DNA of 64,000 bases. Origin: Escherichia phage vB_EcoM_H12. Below are positions 44,621 through 53,933 of this stretch, piece after piece. The DNA lies in the sequence record PP952733.1. One strand, 5' to 3'. The stretch's first letter is position 1. Each line of letters starts with the position of its first letter. Below the pieces are notes generated by a model that saw nothing but the letters and a program-made list of their open reading frames with translations, had not been told where the DNA came from and searched no databases. Position numbers and translations under genes: made by a program.

Positions 44621-45136
44621 ATGTATCTGTCAAATCTGAAACGTTCTGCTGCAATGTCAGTGTTAAGACTCAGTTTTGAGGAACGTCAAGAGTTCATTGA
44701 CTCCCACCAATACGACCCTTCCAACTCCAATCACATGATTCTCTGGAATCGTGAGAGTACTCGTGAAAGAGCATTATTTCAATATTATCCACACTACACC
44801 ATAGACAACCTGTATGAATGTTTTGTTGTGAAGAACACCATTACAGTACTCAATAAACTTTGCAGATACACAGGCAGTCAATCCTTCACATTAGGCCACC
44901 ACAAACCTGTTACAAAAGGTGGTGAACATCACTGTGCAAACTGGTTTATTCAGACTAAAGCTGATAACCAGAAGCAAGGAGATAGCCTTTTAAGTACCAC
45001 TAAGATGACCTATGAAGAGCAAGAGAGATATATCAAAAATAATATGCCAGATGTGCTTGACAACAACTATACAGATTTGGCAATATCTCTCCTGTTGAAG
45101 TTCGAGATAGTTTATAGGGCAACTTACAATGGCTAA
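44621..45136 (+). CDS. HNH endonuclease, putative homing endonuclease
   Basis: GHHKPVTKGGEHHCANWFIQTKADNQKQG matches the HNH (His-Asn-His) nuclease signature. Confidence 0.55.
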   Translation: MYLSNLKRSAAMSVLRLSFEERQEFIDSHQYDPSNSNHMILWNRESTRERALFQYYPHYTIDNLYECFVVKNTITVLNKLCRYTGSQSFTLGHHKPVTKGGEHHCANWFIQTKADNQKQGDSLLSTTKMTYEEQERYIKNNMPDVLDNNYTDLAISLLLKFEIVYRATYNG

Positions 45137-45407
45137 AGAAAAGTGGGAGATTTTACCATTAGTGAGTGAAGGTGGTAATGGTTGTGAGATGTACATGATA
45201 CGTGGTCATGTTCCAGAACCAATTGCACTTGAGATGGTAAACAATTTTACAGATGGTTCTTACAAAGACTTGGGAGAGCCAACTGTCAAGCATCAATGGG
45301 TCAAACCTGTACCAGACAGCACAGGTAACTGTAGTGTACTTTATCACGTTGTAGACCCTGTAAAATGCAAATCTGCAATGGCAGTAACAAACGTAACTTT
45401 TGATTGA
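45129..45407 (+). CDS. hypothetical protein
   Basis: 92 aa ORF coupled to flanking genes. Confidence 0.3.
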   Translation: MAKEKWEILPLVSEGGNGCEMYMIRGHVPEPIALEMVNNFTDGSYKDLGEPTVKHQWVKPVPDSTGNCSVLYHVVDPVKCKSAMAVTNVTFD

Positions 45408-46302
45408 GAGAGAGAAAACTATGAAAACAACTATCCGAGTTCTGCTTAATGCTAATACTAAAGGTAGCATTCAAGAAGTCTTTAACATTATCCAATTCCC
45501 GTCTGGTGAGATTGGTGGCAACTTCTCCGAAGACTTTGTTGGATTTGCTGAAAAATTTGCTGGACAGATTGATAATGCTTTCTTCGCAGTGCAAGGCTAT
45601 GACAAAGATACGCTATTTGCATTAGCTCTGGCTAAAGAGGCAGTTGATAAATTGGTTCCTCAAGGTTCAGCTACGAAGACAGTTGTTTTTGGATTCTTAC
45701 CAAACGCACGTTATGACCGTCACATGTTTAAAGGTGATGCAGCAGCCCTTAAGGTATTTGCTAATTTGGTAAATGCAATGGAGTTTGATGCAGTATGTGC
45801 TTTGGACACTCACAGTAACGTTGCAGAAAACCTTTTCAAGTGCTTCCACAACTTACCTCAGAAAGAGTTTGCAGCACACTTTGCAAGTGACCCTCGCATT
45901 GATTACTTGGTAGCTCCAGATGCAGGTGCAGCTAAGAAGACTGAAGAGACTGCTAAAGAGGTTGACAAGCCTTACATTACAATGGCAAAAGTTCGCAACC
46001 TGAAAACTGGTGAAATCACTGGTATGCGACTTCTCGATGATGTAGACTTAACTGGTAAAACCGTCATGATTCTTGATGATATTTGTGATGGTGGTCGAAC
46101 ATTCGTAGAGGCTGCAAAGTGTCTTCGTGAAGCTGGAGCAGAACGTGTGGAACTGTATGTGACACATGGTATTTTCTCTAAAGGTGTCCAGAACCTTCTT
46201 TACAATGGTATTGACCATGTTTATACTACAAACTCTTTAGGAAATGCTGAAGACCGTGGGTTATCACATTTCAACAAAGTAACTGTAGCAAACCTTGATT
46301 AA
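45400..46302 (+). CDS. prs: ribose-phosphate pyrophosphokinase family protein (Prs-like; candidate ADP-ribose pyrophosphokinase)
   Basis: Matches Prs along its length as recalled (LVAPDAGA ~ VVSPDIGG; MILDDICDGGRTF...YVTHGIFS ~ VLVDDMIDTGGTL...YATHPIFS). Confidence 0.85.
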   Translation: MIEREKTMKTTIRVLLNANTKGSIQEVFNIIQFPSGEIGGNFSEDFVGFAEKFAGQIDNAFFAVQGYDKDTLFALALAKEAVDKLVPQGSATKTVVFGFLPNARYDRHMFKGDAAALKVFANLVNAMEFDAVCALDTHSNVAENLFKCFHNLPQKEFAAHFASDPRIDYLVAPDAGAAKKTEETAKEVDKPYITMAKVRNLKTGEITGMRLLDDVDLTGKTVMILDDICDGGRTFVEAAKCLREAGAERVELYVTHGIFSKGVQNLLYNGIDHVYTTNSLGNAEDRGLSHFNKVTVANLD

Positions 46303-46312
46303 AACTTTATAG

Positions 46313-46334
46313 GGGCTTTTAAGCCCCATTTTGA
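46313..46334 (+). terminator. hairpin between Prs-like and Nampt-like genes (attenuator candidate)
   Basis: GGGGCTT-TTA-AGCCCC then ATTTTG; weak U-tract. Confidence 0.3.
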
Positions 46335-46347
46335 GAGAGATTAAAAG

Positions 46348-48129
46348 ATGACTAAATCACTTTATGCAGTACCAGCAGGTTTAAACGCAGATGCTTACAA
46401 ATCTGGTCACATTTACCAGTATCCTAGTGCAACAGAATACTTGATGTTCAACCTAACACCACGTAGTGACAAATGGTTTAACAGCCCTTTAGCAATTGAC
46501 GGTGTAGTGGCTTTTGGTATTCAACGTTTTGTTAAAGATTACCTGATAGACCACTGGAACGCCACCTTCTTTGAACGTGACAAAAAAGAAGCAATTGATG
46601 AAATCTTAGAAGTCATGAACGGTGTTCTGGGTAAAGATGCTATTGGTCGAGAGCATTGGGAAGCACTCCATGACTTAGGTTATCTACCAGTTGAAGTATA
46701 CGCTGTAGAAGAAGGCACAGTTGTCCCTATGCGTGTACCAATTATTGTCTTCCAGAACACTGTTTCAGGTTTCCATTGGGTAGCGGGGTATCTTGAAGAT
46801 GCTTTCTCTGCTGAGATTTGGAAGGCTTGTACCATTGCAACTATTGCATTGCACTACAAACGTATCTGTAAGAAGTGGGCTGACCTTACTTGTGACAACG
46901 ACTTGCATTTACCTTATCAGTGCCATGACTTTGCTATGCGTGGTATGTCTGGCTTTACTGATGACGCATTTAACGCTGTAGGTCACTTAACCAGCTTTAA
47001 AGGAACTGACAGCTTCCCTGCTGTGTATACAGCTAAACGCATCTATGGACAGTCCTACCCAATCTCTGATATTGGTAGTTCTGTACCAGCCACTGAACAC
47101 TCTGTAATGTGTGCAAACATTGCTTGGGAAGGTGGTAATGAGTTGATTGAAGAAGAAAGACGCTTTAAAGGTGAGTTACAAACCTTCCGTCGTTTCTTAA
47201 CAGAAACTTACCCAACTGGCATTGCAAGTGTTGTTTCAGATACTTATAACTTCTGGAGAACTGTATCAGTTATATTACCAGAACTTCGTAAAGAGATTAT
47301 GGAACGTGATGGCAAACTGGTAATTCGTCCTGACTCTGGAGACCCTGTACATATTGTCACAGGCTATAAAGCAATCCACTTAGAGTGTGCTAAAAAGGCT
47401 TATTACGAACACCTAAGCAAGCTGGAAGCCAGCGACACAATGTTGAATGCTGTTCTGAACATGAAGCTTGAAAACATCAATTATGGTATTGCTGGATGGC
47501 TATTGTCAGAAGGCTACGAAATGGTTGTTGACAGAGAAGACTTTGAAGTTGCTGATACAGTGCTGTTGAAAAATGCTTATATGGTTGGTTCTGCAAACGT
47601 TGTAACACGTCCTGTAGCGGAGATTGATGGAGCTATCAAGACACTGTATAACATCTTTGGAGGAACTATCAACTCTAAAGGTTTTAAAGTACTGGATGAG
47701 CATATCGGACTTATTTATGGTGACTCTATCACGTTGGAACGTGCAAACGAAATACTGAAGCGTTTGTATGAAATGGGTTTTGCAAGCTCTAACGTAGTGT
47801 TTGGTGTAGGTTCTTATACTTACCAGTACATGACTCGTGATACCTTTGCATTTGCTGTCAAAGCAACTCTTGCAAGCATTGGTGGTAAAGAGATTATGCT
47901 TGCAAAAGACCCTAAAACAGATAGCGGTGTTAAGAAGTCTGCTTTTGGTGGTGTAGCACCTATGTGGGATGGTGATAATCTGAAAGCTGTAGATGGCTAT
48001 GGATTCCAGAGCTTTGCAGATGTGCTAGAGCATCCAGCTTGTGCTTTACGTTTAGTCTTTAGCGACTCTGAGCAGTTCGGTTACACAACTCTTGGTGATA
48101 TTCGAAATAATATTGACAAGCAGCTTTAA
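46348..48129 (+). CDS. nadV: nicotinamide phosphoribosyltransferase family protein (Nampt-like; candidate Namat)
   Basis: Matches Nampt along its length as recalled (DAYKSGH, HDFAMRG, FKGTDS, SVPATEHS, IRPDSGDP). Confidence 0.9.
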   Translation: MTKSLYAVPAGLNADAYKSGHIYQYPSATEYLMFNLTPRSDKWFNSPLAIDGVVAFGIQRFVKDYLIDHWNATFFERDKKEAIDEILEVMNGVLGKDAIGREHWEALHDLGYLPVEVYAVEEGTVVPMRVPIIVFQNTVSGFHWVAGYLEDAFSAEIWKACTIATIALHYKRICKKWADLTCDNDLHLPYQCHDFAMRGMSGFTDDAFNAVGHLTSFKGTDSFPAVYTAKRIYGQSYPISDIGSSVPATEHSVMCANIAWEGGNELIEEERRFKGELQTFRRFLTETYPTGIASVVSDTYNFWRTVSVILPELRKEIMERDGKLVIRPDSGDPVHIVTGYKAIHLECAKKAYYEHLSKLEASDTMLNAVLNMKLENINYGIAGWLLSEGYEMVVDREDFEVADTVLLKNAYMVGSANVVTRPVAEIDGAIKTLYNIFGGTINSKGFKVLDEHIGLIYGDSITLERANEILKRLYEMGFASSNVVFGVGSYTYQYMTRDTFAFAVKATLASIGGKEIMLAKDPKTDSGVKKSAFGGVAPMWDGDNLKAVDGYGFQSFADVLEHPACALRLVFSDSEQFGYTTLGDIRNNIDKQL

Positions 48130-48144
48130 AAGTATATGATAAGA

Positions 48145-48166
48145 GGCTCCTACGGGAGCCTTTTTA
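48145..48166 (+). terminator. intrinsic terminator
   Basis: GGCTCC-TACG-GGAGCC then TTTTT. Confidence 0.65.
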
Positions 48167-48182
48167 ATTTCTGGAGAATGCT

Positions 48183-48527
48183 ATGGACAACCTTTCCATA
48201 TGGTTTAACAAGAAACCTGTACAACCGAAATACTTACAAGTTGCCTATACAGACATCCTTGAAGTTCTCGGTAAAGAAAAGTTTGAAAAGTTTTGTGAAG
48301 GTATCTACAATCACCACTGCCAATTTGCTACAAAAGAAGGTATGTTTGTCATAGAACAGTTCTTTGGCAGAGACCCAGATGATTATGAAGAGATTAGTTT
48401 TGTAATGAAATACATGATAGAGTATATTGAAAATCGTGGATTCGAAGTTAATCCTGAATTTTATGAGCATGAGGGTGTACCTTTAGCAAAAGGTTTTGAT
48501 GGTATACTCGTTAACTGGACTTGGTGA
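48183..48527 (+). CDS. hypothetical protein
   Basis: 114 aa ORF. Confidence 0.35.
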   Translation: MDNLSIWFNKKPVQPKYLQVAYTDILEVLGKEKFEKFCEGIYNHHCQFATKEGMFVIEQFFGRDPDDYEEISFVMKYMIEYIENRGFEVNPEFYEHEGVPLAKGFDGILVNWTW

Positions 48528-48868
48528 AAATTATGAAAATCAAAGAAATGAACATCAACATTGTCTTAGAAGAACGCTGGGAGAACATCAAGAAGCCTGA
48601 AAATGGTCATAAGTTCCTCAACAAAATCTTAGTAGCAGCTAAAGAAGAACTGACTGGCAAGGTTGCAGCAGCAATCACAATAAAGGTGTGTGTAAAAGGT
48701 CTTCCAGACAATCACCAATTTGCACTTGACGAGTTTAAAGAGAGCTTCTACAATCCAAACAAACAGATGCTTGAAAGTAACTTTGCAGTGTCTACAAGTA
48801 TCGTCCATGACAGAAGCTTTATCCTTTACAAGAATATGAGAGGTGAGTCATGCAAGCATATTGGATAG
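48521..48868 (+). CDS. hypothetical protein
   Basis: 115 aa ORF. Confidence 0.35.
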   Translation: MVKIMKIKEMNINIVLEERWENIKKPENGHKFLNKILVAAKEELTGKVAAAITIKVCVKGLPDNHQFALDEFKESFYNPNKQMLESNFAVSTSIVHDRSFILYKNMRGESCKHIG

Positions 48869-49026
48869 AAATTTTACTGTCACTTGGTAGTGTAGCAGTA
48901 TTTGTTTACCTTCTTTGCAAGTACTATGCAGAGCACAAAAAATGTGACTTCTGTGACGGAGAAGGCTATACAAGAGCAGGTTGTTGCCCTATGTGTGGTG
49001 GTTCTGGTAAAATGTTTAATAAGTAA
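48850..49026 (+). CDS. small membrane-anchored zinc-ribbon protein (58 aa; below track cutoff)
   Basis: ATG at 48850; N-terminal TM helix then CDFCDG ... CCPMCGG. Confidence 0.3.
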   Translation: MQAYWIEILLSLGSVAVFVYLLCKYYAEHKKCDFCDGEGYTRAGCCPMCGGSGKMFNK

Positions 49027-49054
49027 TTTAACAGTAAACTAAGAGGAAAGTATT

Positions 49055-51421
49055 ATGCGCATGGTAAATGACCACGCAGAAGTGATTAAGAGTTCAACTT
49101 CTTTGGAGACGTCTCAAGCACAGATTACAATGACACCTGAAATGTTCAGCCTTTTGAGTTCTGGTGTATATACCTTTAAAGAAAGGGCAGTTATCCGTGA
49201 ACTGTCATGTAACGCAGTAGATGCTCAGAAAGAAGCTGGAAAAGAGAACATCCCGTTCCATGTGCATTTACCTACTCGTTTTGAGCCTTACTTTGAAGTT
49301 CGTGATTTTGGAACTGGATTGACTCATGATAAAGTTATGAGTTTGTATCTAAATTACGGGGCTTCTACGAAGAATGACTCTAATGATTACATTGGTGCAA
49401 TGGGTATCGGTTCAAAATCTCCATTTGCAATCGCTCAGTCATTCACAGTATCTAGCTATGTTGATGGTGTTGTTAATAAGTACTCTGTTTACCTTGAGAA
49501 TGGTATCCCTCAAGTAACTAAGCTGACCACCAACCCAACAAAAGAGCCTAATGGTTTAGCTGTACGTGTAGCAGTTGCTGACCATCGTATTTCAAAGTTC
49601 TTTGAAGAAGCTGGTCATGTATACTCATACTTTGCTGTAAAACCAGAAAGTAACATCGAGTATGACGATGTATTAGCAGATATGAATGTCATTGCCCGTG
49701 AAGAAGGTGTTTATGATGCCATGATTCACAAACAAAGCTGGCGTTCTAGTGGTAACAGGACAGAGTTTAATGTAGTGATGGGTAACATTGCCTACCCTGT
49801 TAATATGGAAGCATTACTTGGTGATGATTTCTTCAAAGTATTGCCAGAATTTTTCCGTAGGAGCGTAGACCTTGTAAACATCTACATGCCTATTGGTTCA
49901 GTTGCTATTGCAGCTTCTCGTGAAGCATTGCAGATGAATGACACGACAAAAAATGTTATCATCGAAGCTACTAAAAAGATAACTGAAGCAATTACAAAGG
50001 ATGTTATCAAGAAAGTTAATAGCCAACCTACACTCATGGATGCTGCACAGGCTTATGCTGAGTTGCGTTTGAACTCACGAGAGATGTTTAATGCTGTGTG
50101 TCCAAAGCTAGAGTGGGGAGGCGTTAAGCTTGATTCTCTGGAAGAAGAATTACTAAACATTCGTCGTGGAATTATCTACGCAGAAGATGGCTCAGTCATC
50201 TATGAACGTGATGGTAAAGGTAATATTAAAGTTGATAGGAATGGAAACAACATCCCTAAAGTAGATTATCTTTATAATCCTGTTGCTTATGTTAAGTTCA
50301 ACTCTTTAGAGAGTAAGATTCGTGCAACATCGCTTTCCTACACTCAAGAGGCAAGTATGTTCAATATCTTTGGCGCAATGCGTAAAAGCCAAATTGAACA
50401 GTTTTTGTTTGTTATCAATGACCGTCGCAATAAAAACGGTACTGAGAAAACTGTAGGACGCAACCAGATTCTGCGTGGTGCATGTCGAGACTATGCCAGC
50501 GAGTCAAGTCTGTTTCACAGATACAATGGTATTGTCTTTGTATTCTCTACTGAGAAAGAGCTAGATGATTTAATCAATCTGCACAAACTTGATAAAAGCT
50601 TGTTAAAGATTGTGAAGATGTCTGATAAGGAACATCATTATCAGCGTAAAGAAGCTGTGAGAGGTGTTGTAAAACTCTGGAAAGCTGTTCCAGCAGAAGG
50701 TGTAGCTTCATACAAAGAGGTGTCAGAAGACTTTGATACAATTGAAGAGCCTCAGCTTTACATCAAGGCAGTCGGTGACACAGTTGATGGTGAATGTTTT
50801 TGCTCATCTCCAGAAGATGTAGCTAAGTCAGTTGCTAATGTTACAGGTAAGACAATCTATGTTTTCCGAAAAGCAAATTGGAAAAAGATACCAGAAGACT
50901 GGATTGAAGTAGATGAGAAGCTCTTGAACGACAGCTTAACTGATGTTCACTGGATTAATCACAACAGGTATATGACACGTATCTATATGAATGGTGTCCT
51001 TGACCTTACAAGCAGTTGGATTATTGCCAGAAACTTTACGTTCAATAACAGGAAGATTTCTCGTGGTTATTGCTATTCACGAGACACAAATAAAACTATC
51101 TTCTTAGAAGGCAATGAAGATGCTGTTGAGGCAATGTTTGGTAAAATCCAATACGTTGCTGCACCGTTTGCATACACTTACACCGTTAGTCGGTTGCAAA
51201 CTTTGAAAGAATGCCTTGACAACGATACAAAGCTGTACAAGAAAATTAAGAAAGCTGGTGACCGTATGGTTATTAAGGTGACAAACTATCTTTTAAAAAG
51301 AAAACAAGAAAACTTCTTGCTTTCTCATTTAGATTGGAATAAAGTGTCACCCATCGAAGTGAGTAAGTTCTTAGGCTTTGATGTGAAGTGTGTTCCAGAA
51401 GGGACTACAATTTACGATTAA
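49055..51421 (+). CDS. rIIA: rIIA-like protein (GHKL-type ATPase domain)
   Basis: 788 aa; N-terminal RELSCNAVDAQ ... VRDFGTGL ... GIGSKSPF matches the T4 rIIA N-terminus as recalled; followed by rIIB-sized gene. Confidence 0.75.
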   Translation: MRMVNDHAEVIKSSTSLETSQAQITMTPEMFSLLSSGVYTFKERAVIRELSCNAVDAQKEAGKENIPFHVHLPTRFEPYFEVRDFGTGLTHDKVMSLYLNYGASTKNDSNDYIGAMGIGSKSPFAIAQSFTVSSYVDGVVNKYSVYLENGIPQVTKLTTNPTKEPNGLAVRVAVADHRISKFFEEAGHVYSYFAVKPESNIEYDDVLADMNVIAREEGVYDAMIHKQSWRSSGNRTEFNVVMGNIAYPVNMEALLGDDFFKVLPEFFRRSVDLVNIYMPIGSVAIAASREALQMNDTTKNVIIEATKKITEAITKDVIKKVNSQPTLMDAAQAYAELRLNSREMFNAVCPKLEWGGVKLDSLEEELLNIRRGIIYAEDGSVIYERDGKGNIKVDRNGNNIPKVDYLYNPVAYVKFNSLESKIRATSLSYTQEASMFNIFGAMRKSQIEQFLFVINDRRNKNGTEKTVGRNQILRGACRDYASESSLFHRYNGIVFVFSTEKELDDLINLHKLDKSLLKIVKMSDKEHHYQRKEAVRGVVKLWKAVPAEGVASYKEVSEDFDTIEEPQLYIKAVGDTVDGECFCSSPEDVAKSVANVTGKTIYVFRKANWKKIPEDWIEVDEKLLNDSLTDVHWINHNRYMTRIYMNGVLDLTSSWIIARNFTFNNRKISRGYCYSRDTNKTIFLEGNEDAVEAMFGKIQYVAAPFAYTYTVSRLQTLKECLDNDTKLYKKIKKAGDRMVIKVTNYLLKRKQENFLLSHLDWNKVSPIEVSKFLGFDVKCVPEGTTIYD

Positions 51422-51426
51422 AGTGT

Positions 51427-51456
51427 TTGACAAGGGGCTTTGAAGCCCCTTAGAAT
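51427..51456 (+). promoter_or_regulatory. sigma70-like promoter with hairpin in the spacer
   Basis: TTGACA, 17-18 nt spacer that is itself GGGGCTTTGAAGCCCC, then TAGAAT. Confidence 0.5.
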
Positions 51457-51501
51457 AACCTCACAAAAATGATTTATTAACTAACAAGAGAGAGTAATAA
51501 G

Positions 51502-52611
51502 ATGACTACTAAAACTAAAGCACAGATTGACGCAGAAATCTACAAACTGGTTAAAGAAGGTAAGCTGACTAAAACAGCTATTGCACAGAAGTTCAATACT
51601 TCAACCCGTTCAGTCGGTCGTGCTGTAGAGCGTCATGAAGCAACCTTAAAAGGTAAGAAAAAGGTAGCTTCTAAACCAGTTAAGAAGACTCTAAAGCAAG
51701 TTGCTAAGTCAGTTAAAAAGAAAGCTGGCAAACCAGTTGAAAAGGTTGTTAAAGAGGCTGTACAGAAAGCTCCAGTAAATAAACTGCATGAAGCTATGCA
51801 GAAAGATGACAAGATTGAGTATATGATTACTGGTGACTCTGTAATTATGACTTACGGTTCAGAGTCTGAAATTGTTGAGTCTACTCATCCGAACTATCAA
51901 GAAATTGTAGTTCATGTTGTGAAAGGTGAGTTCAAGAAAGCATTTGAACTGATGAACATTCGTAAGTCTATCGAAAACTTCACTCAGGGTGCTATCACAA
52001 TCAAAGGTGACAAGTTATTCTACGGTGCTGTTGAGATGCGTTCTACTCTGGTTGACCGTATTCTTCACATGATGAAGACTGGTGATAAAGGCTTTGAACG
52101 ACTTGTAATGTTCTTCGAAAAACTGATGGAAAACCCATCTAAAGACTCTGTAGAACAGCTTTGGGGATTTGTATCTCACCTTGATGTTGAAATTGATGAA
52201 GAAGGCTACATCATTGGTTGGAAGAAAGTCTCTACTCGTGAAGGCAAGTTGGTTGACTCCCACACCTACAAAGTACCTAATGATTTGGGTAACATTGTAG
52301 AAATGCCACGTTGGATGGTTGATAACAACCGTAACGTAACTTGCTCTCAGGGTCTTCATGTTGGTGCTTGGGATTATGTTCGTTGCTTCTCAGGTGATAC
52401 AATCCTGAAGGTTCGTGTCCATCCACGAGATGTTGTATCTGTTCCGACTGATTACAACGATATGAAGATGCGTTCATCCCGTTATGAAGTTGCAGCAATC
52501 GTTGATAATCAACGTAAAGTGTTGAAAGCATGGGACGGTAAGACTGAAGCTTTGCATGTCATCGTTGGCACTGCTGGTGAACTAATCTCCCAACGTAAAC
52601 GTGAAATCTAA
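51502..52611 (+). CDS. rIIB: rIIB-like protein
   Basis: 369 aa; Lys-rich N-terminal region; directly downstream of rIIA-like gene. Confidence 0.5.
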   Translation: MTTKTKAQIDAEIYKLVKEGKLTKTAIAQKFNTSTRSVGRAVERHEATLKGKKKVASKPVKKTLKQVAKSVKKKAGKPVEKVVKEAVQKAPVNKLHEAMQKDDKIEYMITGDSVIMTYGSESEIVESTHPNYQEIVVHVVKGEFKKAFELMNIRKSIENFTQGAITIKGDKLFYGAVEMRSTLVDRILHMMKTGDKGFERLVMFFEKLMENPSKDSVEQLWGFVSHLDVEIDEEGYIIGWKKVSTREGKLVDSHTYKVPNDLGNIVEMPRWMVDNNRNVTCSQGLHVGAWDYVRCFSGDTILKVRVHPRDVVSVPTDYNDMKMRSSRYEVAAIVDNQRKVLKAWDGKTEALHVIVGTAGELISQRKREI

Positions 52612-52627
52612 TAAGTAATTTCTTAAA

Positions 52628-52650
52628 AGGCTGCTTCGGCGGCCTTTTTT
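52628..52650 (+). terminator. intrinsic terminator after rIIB
   Basis: GGCTGC-TTCG-GCGGCC then TTTTTT. Confidence 0.6.
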
Positions 52651-52711
52651 ATTTGTATTTTGTGCAGAGTGCTGTATAATTGTGGTCACGATAAACTAAA
52701 CAGGAGAACCA

Positions 52712-53260
52712 ATGAAGAAGTTGATTCTAGGTTTGTGCTTAATGTTTACAGCACACTTATCTTATGCAGTTGACTGCCCAGAGCTATCAATTAGCCAAAA
52801 AGTAAACATGTTAAAAGCTTACCAGTATGGTGAGAATAATATGGGTAAAGGTTGGGGTATCACTCTAGCTGCTATAGCCTTACAAGAGTCAGAGTTAGGT
52901 CTGAATGTAGAGAATAAAAAGACACATGACTATGGTATTTTCCAGAATCACTTGAAGACTGTTGTAAAGCGTAACAAAATTAGTCCTAATGTGGCTAAAA
53001 AGAAACTCTTAAAAGATTTTGACTATGCCGCAAAAGAAACACACAAAGAGCTTGAGTTTTGGACGAAGGTACATGGTCAACCAAAGTCAAAGAAGACTTT
53101 ACAAAAAGTTTTAGCGTCATATAATGCTGGGTATTCGTACAAAATCCCTAAAGCTAAGAAATACTCTCAAGATGTCTACAACAATATGAAAGTTATTGCT
53201 CAATGTGAATTTGCAACAAACATTTCTAAGGTAAACCATGAAAAAATTAAGAAAGTCTGA
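52712..53260 (+). CDS. secreted lytic transglycosylase (candidate endolysin)
   Basis: Sec-type signal peptide (cleavage near SYA/VD); AIALQESELG resembles the catalytic Glu-Ser motif of SLT-type transglycosylases. Confidence 0.6.
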   Translation: MKKLILGLCLMFTAHLSYAVDCPELSISQKVNMLKAYQYGENNMGKGWGITLAAIALQESELGLNVENKKTHDYGIFQNHLKTVVKRNKISPNVAKKKLLKDFDYAAKETHKELEFWTKVHGQPKSKKTLQKVLASYNAGYSYKIPKAKKYSQDVYNNMKVIAQCEFATNISKVNHEKIKKV

Positions 53261-53933
53261 TGAAGTACTGTGTCATGCTTATGACTTACATCCTCATGAG
53301 TTAGGTCTTGATTCCTGTGTATGGACCCCAGAACAGTGCAGAGATTTTGAAGATACTGCAAGAGAAGTTGTATGTTCACTTGAAGAGTTCCACACATCAG
53401 AACCAATTGTGAACGTTGTGGACAAAGGGACTGGACAATCTATAGGTGTAAGACGTGACAGTTTAGTCATAGTCAATAAAGACCTTGTAGAAAAAGGCAA
53501 CCTTATCTTAGCAGACATTGATGGTGTTCTTACAAATTTTAATCACGAAGATTGCTCAACAGAATTGATTGATGGGTCATTTTCACAGTACACTAATTTG
53601 CTTGACTCTGTAAGAGCAAAACCAACGTATGTTTTCAATATTATTGATGCAATTGCTAACCATGCTGCCATTGGACTCTTGACAGCGAGGGGTGAATCTC
53701 AGAGAATACCTACTGAGATGTTTTTAAGGCATTACATAGAGCATGATTACATGCTTTTCATGCGTGGTTTTGGAACTAACTCTATAAGTGCAGAAAGTTT
53801 AAAAGTTAGGATGATTCAGTCTTGCATTCTTCCTTACTTTAATATAGTATGCTTTATAGAAGATACAGAGAAGAATGTTCAGAAGGTAAACAGAATCCTT
53901 CCACACATTAAAACCATGTTAGTTAAACATTGA
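53238..53933 (+). CDS. HAD-superfamily hydrolase-like protein
   Basis: LILADIDGVLTN matches HAD motif I (DxDGx). Confidence 0.4.
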   Translation: MKKLRKSDEVLCHAYDLHPHELGLDSCVWTPEQCRDFEDTAREVVCSLEEFHTSEPIVNVVDKGTGQSIGVRRDSLVIVNKDLVEKGNLILADIDGVLTNFNHEDCSTELIDGSFSQYTNLLDSVRAKPTYVFNIIDAIANHAAIGLLTARGESQRIPTEMFLRHYIEHDYMLFMRGFGTNSISAESLKVRMIQSCILPYFNIVCFIEDTEKNVQKVNRILPHIKTMLVKH

